Source: an uncultured bacterium (GTDB lineage Bacteria; Krumholzibacteriota; Krumholzibacteriia; JACNKJ01). Taken from it: a stretch of DNA of 64,000 nucleotides. Location: positions 2,144,001-2,208,000 of the forward strand of contig CAVOFT010000001.1 in assembly GCA_963695095.1 (NCBI GenBank), given 5' to 3'. Shown here piece by piece: positions 60,116 to 64,000 of this stretch. Position numbers and translations under genes: made by a program. The notes under the pieces were generated by a model. That model had not been told where the DNA came from. It did no database searches and saw only the letters and a program-made list of their open reading frames with translations. Within the stretch, counting starts at the first letter, position 1, and every line of letters begins with the position of its first letter.

Positions 60116-61249
60116 TCAGCCGCTGGCCGCGCGCGCGGCTGGACGATGGCCGAGGGCCTCAGCCTGGCGGTAACGCTGCCGCGCCGCCTCCGCCTGACCG
60201 AGCTGGTCGTGGATGATACCGAGGTAGTAGTGGCTGCGCGCGTCCTCCGGATGCAGCTCGATCACCTTGAGGAAGCAGGGCAGGGCCTGTGCGAACTCGC
60301 CCAGGTTCACCCGGCACAGGCCGAGGTAATACTTGATGCGCGAATCGGCGGGTTCCGCCAGCTCGGCCCGCTCGAGCTCGGCCAGGGCCTTCCGGTGGGC
60401 CCCCAGCCGCAGGTGGCAGAGCGCCGCGTAGAAGCGCGCGTCGCCGAAGGGCGGGCGCAGGGCCAGCACGGCCTCGAATTCGGCCAGGGCCTCGCCGTAG
60501 CGGCTGCTATTGTAGAGGGCCAGCCCCAGGCTCATGCGGCCCTCGACGCTGTCGGGGGCCAGCTCGACCGTCTTGCGGAAGAGATGGATGGCCTGCTCGT
60601 ACTCGCCGCGCTCGCCGTAGAGCGCCCCGAGATTCAAGTGCCCCATCGCATTGCTGGGATCGAGCTGGATCGCCCGCTTGAAGTGCAAGATGGCCTCATC
60701 GCGCTCCCCGCGGCGGTCGAGGCTGAAGCCGAGGTTGGTGTGCGCTTTGGCCAAGCGGGGATCGAGGCCGAGCGCTCCGCGGAAGGCCTCCTCGGCCTCG
60801 AGCGTGCGATTCTCGCGCAGCAGGGTGCAGCCGAGCTGATAGCGGCTCTCGGCCGCGTCCGCAGGCATGGTCAGGGCCAGGCGATGCAGCTCGTGGGCCT
60901 GCTCGAAGCGGCCGGCCAGGCTGTGCAGACGCGCGGCCTGGTTGAGCGGGCGCGGCGACTCGGGCTCGCGCCGGCGCCAGGCGGCGGCCAGGCGCAGCCC
61001 TTCCTCGAAGAGCTCCGCCCGGAAGCTCGCCTCGATGAGTTCGCTGTAGCTTTCGGCCGGCAGGGAGAGCGGGTCGGAAATCTCCTCGAAGAAGGCCTCG
61101 AGCTCTTCGCGCTCGCCGCGGGCGATGCGCTCGTCGAGCCAGCGGCCCACGGCCTCCGGATCGTGCGCGGCCTCCGAGCAGAGTGCGTCGATGAGCGTCC
61201 GTCGGCGCGAGCGCCGCTGCAACTTGCGGTACCAGTTCCAAGGACCCAT
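60116..61249 (-). CDS. Tetratricopeptide repeat protein
   Basis: Tandem TPRs (AKAHTNLG...EAILHFKRAIQLDPSN etc.). Confidence 0.92.
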   Translation of the reverse strand: MGPWNWYRKLQRRSRRRTLIDALCSEAAHDPEAVGRWLDERIARGEREELEAFFEEISDPLSLPAESYSELIEASFRAELFEEGLRLAAAWRRREPESPRPLNQAARLHSLAGRFEQAHELHRLALTMPADAAESRYQLGCTLLRENRTLEAEEAFRGALGLDPRLAKAHTNLGFSLDRRGERDEAILHFKRAIQLDPSNAMGHLNLGALYGERGEYEQAIHLFRKTVELAPDSVEGRMSLGLALYNSSRYGEALAEFEAVLALRPPFGDARFYAALCHLRLGAHRKALAELERAELAEPADSRIKYYLGLCRVNLGEFAQALPCFLKVIELHPEDARSHYYLGIIHDQLGQAEAARQRYRQAEALGHRPAARAASG

Positions 61250-61289
61250 GCGCAGCCCACCTCTCCTGCTTGCCGGTCTGAACGGCGGC

Positions 61290-61319
61290 AGGATAGGTGG
61301 GCCTTCAAAATTCGGTCAA
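61290..61319 (-). promoter_or_regulatory. sigma70-type promoter for TPR gene
   Basis: TTGACC-18 bp-TATCCT. Confidence 0.5.
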
Positions 61320-61334
61320 GACAATGTTAGGCGA

Positions 61335-61832
61335 CTAGTCGTCACTACCCAGCGGTTTGTCGCGCAGGGGCGACAGGAGTCCGCCCGAACGCCAGCCGAA
61401 GGGCGCGAGGGGATCGTAGAGACCGCCGCCCTGCCCCACCTCGAGGCGCAGGAGGAAGTTGTCGCCGGGTCGCCAGTCGAGCGCGGCATAGGGCAGCACG
61501 AGGCGGGCGCCGCCATCCTCGCGGCCCCACTGCTGGTCACCGGGTGAGAAAGCGAGACCGAAGCGGGCGTTGAAGTCGAGCTGCGCGCCCAGGGGAATGC
61601 GCAGATCGCGGGTCAGGAGGCCGAGAGAGCGACTCTCGCCGCCGCCCCAGGACTGGCTGTAGCTGAGCGCGCTGGGCCCCCATTGCAGGCGATCGAGCCC
61701 AAGGCCCAGTTGGGGGCTGCTCGAGATGGGCGCCACCAGGGCGAGCGGGTTGGCGGCCGTCTCGGCCAGGGCCGGCTGAGCCAGCGCGAGCAGAAGCAGG
61801 CAGGCGATGAAGCGGCGAGTCGACATGGTCAT
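61335..61832 (-). CDS. Hypothetical secreted beta-rich protein
   Basis: Signal peptide RRFIACLLLLALAQPALA; amphipathic strands; alternative start at 61826. Confidence 0.65.
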   Translation of the reverse strand: MTMSTRRFIACLLLLALAQPALAETAANPLALVAPISSSPQLGLGLDRLQWGPSALSYSQSWGGGESRSLGLLTRDLRIPLGAQLDFNARFGLAFSPGDQQWGREDGGARLVLPYAALDWRPGDNFLLRLEVGQGGGLYDPLAPFGWRSGGLLSPLRDKPLGSDD

Positions 61833-61864
61833 CCCTTCGGCCGGCGCAGGCCGGCGTCAATGCT

Positions 61865-62233
61865 TCAGTCGGTGAGCAGTTCCCGGACCTTGGCCTTCAG
61901 CGGGTCGAGGTCCGAGGACTTGACCAGGTAGGCCTCCGCCGACCACGAGGCGAAGTCATCCTTGTAGCTGTGGTAGGCGCTGCTGATCAGCACCCGCAGG
62001 CCGCGGTGGACCTGCATCACTTCCCGCAAGTAGCTCAGGCCGTCCTTGCCCGGCAGCTCGATGTCGAGGATGAGCAGGTCGGGGCAGGCGCGGGCCAGGA
62101 CCTCAGCCGCCTCCTCCGCTGAGGCCACCGCCTCGACGAGGTAGCCCTCGTCCCGAAGCTCCTGGCTGTAGAGGGTGCGGATGCTGGCCTCGTCGTCGAC
62201 GACGAGGATTCGCTTGCCTGCGCTCGCGGTCAC
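61865..62233 (-). CDS. Single-domain response regulator (CheY-like)
   Basis: ILVVDDE, LLILDIELPGKDG, ISSAY, YLVKS. Confidence 0.93.
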   Translation of the reverse strand: MTASAGKRILVVDDEASIRTLYSQELRDEGYLVEAVASAEEAAEVLARACPDLLILDIELPGKDGLSYLREVMQVHRGLRVLISSAYHSYKDDFASWSAEAYLVKSSDLDPLKAKVRELLTD

Positions 62234-62253
62234 GGCGGCCTCCTGACCGCGGG

Positions 62254-62282
62254 AGCCTAGTTGCGCTTCCCCGGGCTGTCAA
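62254..62282 (-). promoter_or_regulatory. sigma70-type promoter for response regulator
   Basis: TTGACA-17 bp-TAGGCT. Confidence 0.7.
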
Positions 62283-62288
62283 GCGCCG

Positions 62289-63971
62289 CTACTCCAGAGG
62301 CACCAGCTCGCCATCGCGGAGCGCGAAGCGCATCCCCGCGCCGGCGGGTCGCGACGGCGCACTGGGAGCGCGCCCCGCCGCCACCGGCGCCGACTCGGGA
62401 GAGGCACCGGCCTGCGCCTCGCTGGCCATGCCGCGCGTGGCCGGGATGCCGGGCGCTGCTTCGCGGATGGGAGCCGCCGTCGCCATCCAGCCGGGCGCGC
62501 TGCCCCCCTCCGCCGAGAGGCCGCCGCTCGGAGGCGCCGGCGGAGCCGGAGCGTCCTCGAGTACGAGACGCAGAACCAGCTCGCCGCCGCTCAAGGCGCT
62601 GCGGGGAATGCGCAGGGTGAATGGCTGCGAGGCCCCGACCGGGGCCGGCGGCGCGGCGTGCTCCCCCCGACTAGCCGGCGGCGCCGCGGCCGCCCGCTCG
62701 GGCGGCGCAGCGGGGCCGCTGCCCTCAGGCGTGGCCGCGGTCGGCGGCATCGAGGCCCAGAGCGCCACCGACGGCGGGGGCGCTGCGCTCTCGGTCGGCG
62801 AAGCGACGGGCGGCGGCGCCGAATCCATCGCCGCGGGCGGGATTGGCACGGAGGGCGCCTGCAGCGGCGGCTGCGAGGCCCAAGGCGCTACCGGTCGGCT
62901 GGGGGCCGGCCGCGGTGCCGCGCTCGGCAGCTCCTCGAGCTCGACGATTTCAGGCACCACGCGGGACATCGGCACCGGCGGCGGCGAGGTCCCAGCGGTC
63001 ATGCGCTCCAGGGCCGAGGCCCCGGGCGCCGGCGGCGCGGCCTTGGGCGGGCTCGGCAAGGGTAGCGTATCGGCGAGGGAGCGCAGCGGCGAGGCCTCGA
63101 TGGAGGTCTCCACCTCGCGCAGGGCTCGGCGGACATCGCCGGCCTCCATCAAATCGGCGATCGGCGTGCCCGGGCTGGGGTGCGGCGTCCGCAGTTCGCC
63201 AGGCGTCAACTCGACGACGCGCGGATCGGGCAGGTGGTCGAGGTTGAGGCCGGAGCGCGGCGCGGGCGGCTCAGGACGCTGCGGCGCGGATGTTGCCAGA
63301 TCCCGCGGAGGCAGCGGCGCGGGCGGCGTCGAGCGGCTCGGGCTGGCGCTGGGGGCGCTGCGCAGGGACTCGCCGAGTTCCTTCTCGACGAGGGCGCGCA
63401 GCCGGGGCCGCAAGTGCTCGGTCACGCCGAGCAGGGTCTCCTGCACCCCTTCGCCGCGCGGGGCGACGGCGCTGAAGCTGGGCACCTGCGCCGGATTCAG
63501 GGCCTGCTCGAGTTCCTGCACGCTGAGCACGTCGGGCAGGTCGCGCTTGTTGTACTGGATCACCCAGGGCAGATCCTCGAGCTTGAGGTTCATGTCCGCC
63601 AGGTTCGAGCGCAGGTTCTCCAGGCTCTCGAGGTTCTCCTCCATCTTGCCGCGCTGGCTGTCGGCCACGAAGACCACGGCGTCGACGCCCTTGAGCACCA
63701 GGCGCCGCGTCGCGTTGTAGTAGACCTGGCCTGGCACCGTGTAGAGCAGGATGCGCACGTTGAAGTCGAGAATGGAGTCGCCGCTGAGCGGCAGCAGGTC
63801 GAAGAAGAGCGTGCGGTCGGTGCGCGTCTTCATCGAGATCATCTTGCCGCGCTGGTCTTCAGGCACCTGTCGGAAGAGCACTTCGAGATTCGTCGTCTTG
63901 CCGCTGAGCCCCGGGCCGTAGTAGACGACCTTAGCGCTGACTTCCTGCCCTGCACGGTTGATGAGAGCCAC
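62289..63971 (-). CDS. mglA: MglA-family small GTPase with long Pro/Ala/Ser-rich C-terminal extension
   Basis: KVVYYGPGLSGKTTNL, RTLFFD, YTVPGQVYY, GVDAVVFVADSQ, QYNKRDLP; GTG start with GAGG RBS. Confidence 0.9.
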   Translation of the reverse strand: MALINRAGQEVSAKVVYYGPGLSGKTTNLEVLFRQVPEDQRGKMISMKTRTDRTLFFDLLPLSGDSILDFNVRILLYTVPGQVYYNATRRLVLKGVDAVVFVADSQRGKMEENLESLENLRSNLADMNLKLEDLPWVIQYNKRDLPDVLSVQELEQALNPAQVPSFSAVAPRGEGVQETLLGVTEHLRPRLRALVEKELGESLRSAPSASPSRSTPPAPLPPRDLATSAPQRPEPPAPRSGLNLDHLPDPRVVELTPGELRTPHPSPGTPIADLMEAGDVRRALREVETSIEASPLRSLADTLPLPSPPKAAPPAPGASALERMTAGTSPPPVPMSRVVPEIVELEELPSAAPRPAPSRPVAPWASQPPLQAPSVPIPPAAMDSAPPPVASPTESAAPPPSVALWASMPPTAATPEGSGPAAPPERAAAAPPASRGEHAAPPAPVGASQPFTLRIPRSALSGGELVLRLVLEDAPAPPAPPSGGLSAEGGSAPGWMATAAPIREAAPGIPATRGMASEAQAGASPESAPVAAGRAPSAPSRPAGAGMRFALRDGELVPLE

Positions 63972-64000
63972 GCTGCACCTCGTTCTCGCGTTTCAGGTCG

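Overview
Very GC-rich bacterial chromosome segment, almost all coded on the minus strand. It contains about 50 CDS, mostly housekeeping genes (ligA, accA, dnaE, panBC, folBK, groESL, coaX-birA-nadC, uvrB, pyk, valS). Type IX secretion (T9SS) genes occur together with canonical TTGAC-N17/18-TAnnnT promoters and GGAGG-type RBSs. This suggests an FCB-group lineage outside Bacteroidota (inference; e.g. Krumholzibacteriota/Latescibacterota/Eisenbacteria-like). Highlights: (1) a tightly coupled envelope operon: trm112-like, porU, porV, M6 protease, two DUF5683-like paralogues, a beta-propeller, an ~1137-codon OM protein with two SprA-like repeats, and an Omp85/POTRA protein; (2) archaeal-type topoisomerase VI (top6B-top6A); (3) a ~113 nt structured intergenic RNA resembling 6S-Flavo; (4) an accessory block between folB and groEL with a T9SS cargo/fibre-like gene pair and a clostripain lipoprotein; (5) a stand-alone caspase-fold protein convergent on a variant patatin; (6) an MglA GTPase with a long Pro-rich tail. 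Three single-base frameshifts (large OMP, top6B, groES) are most likely assembly indels. No tRNA, rRNA, CRISPR array or mobile element was seen. All family calls come from motif recognition only; no database searches were run.
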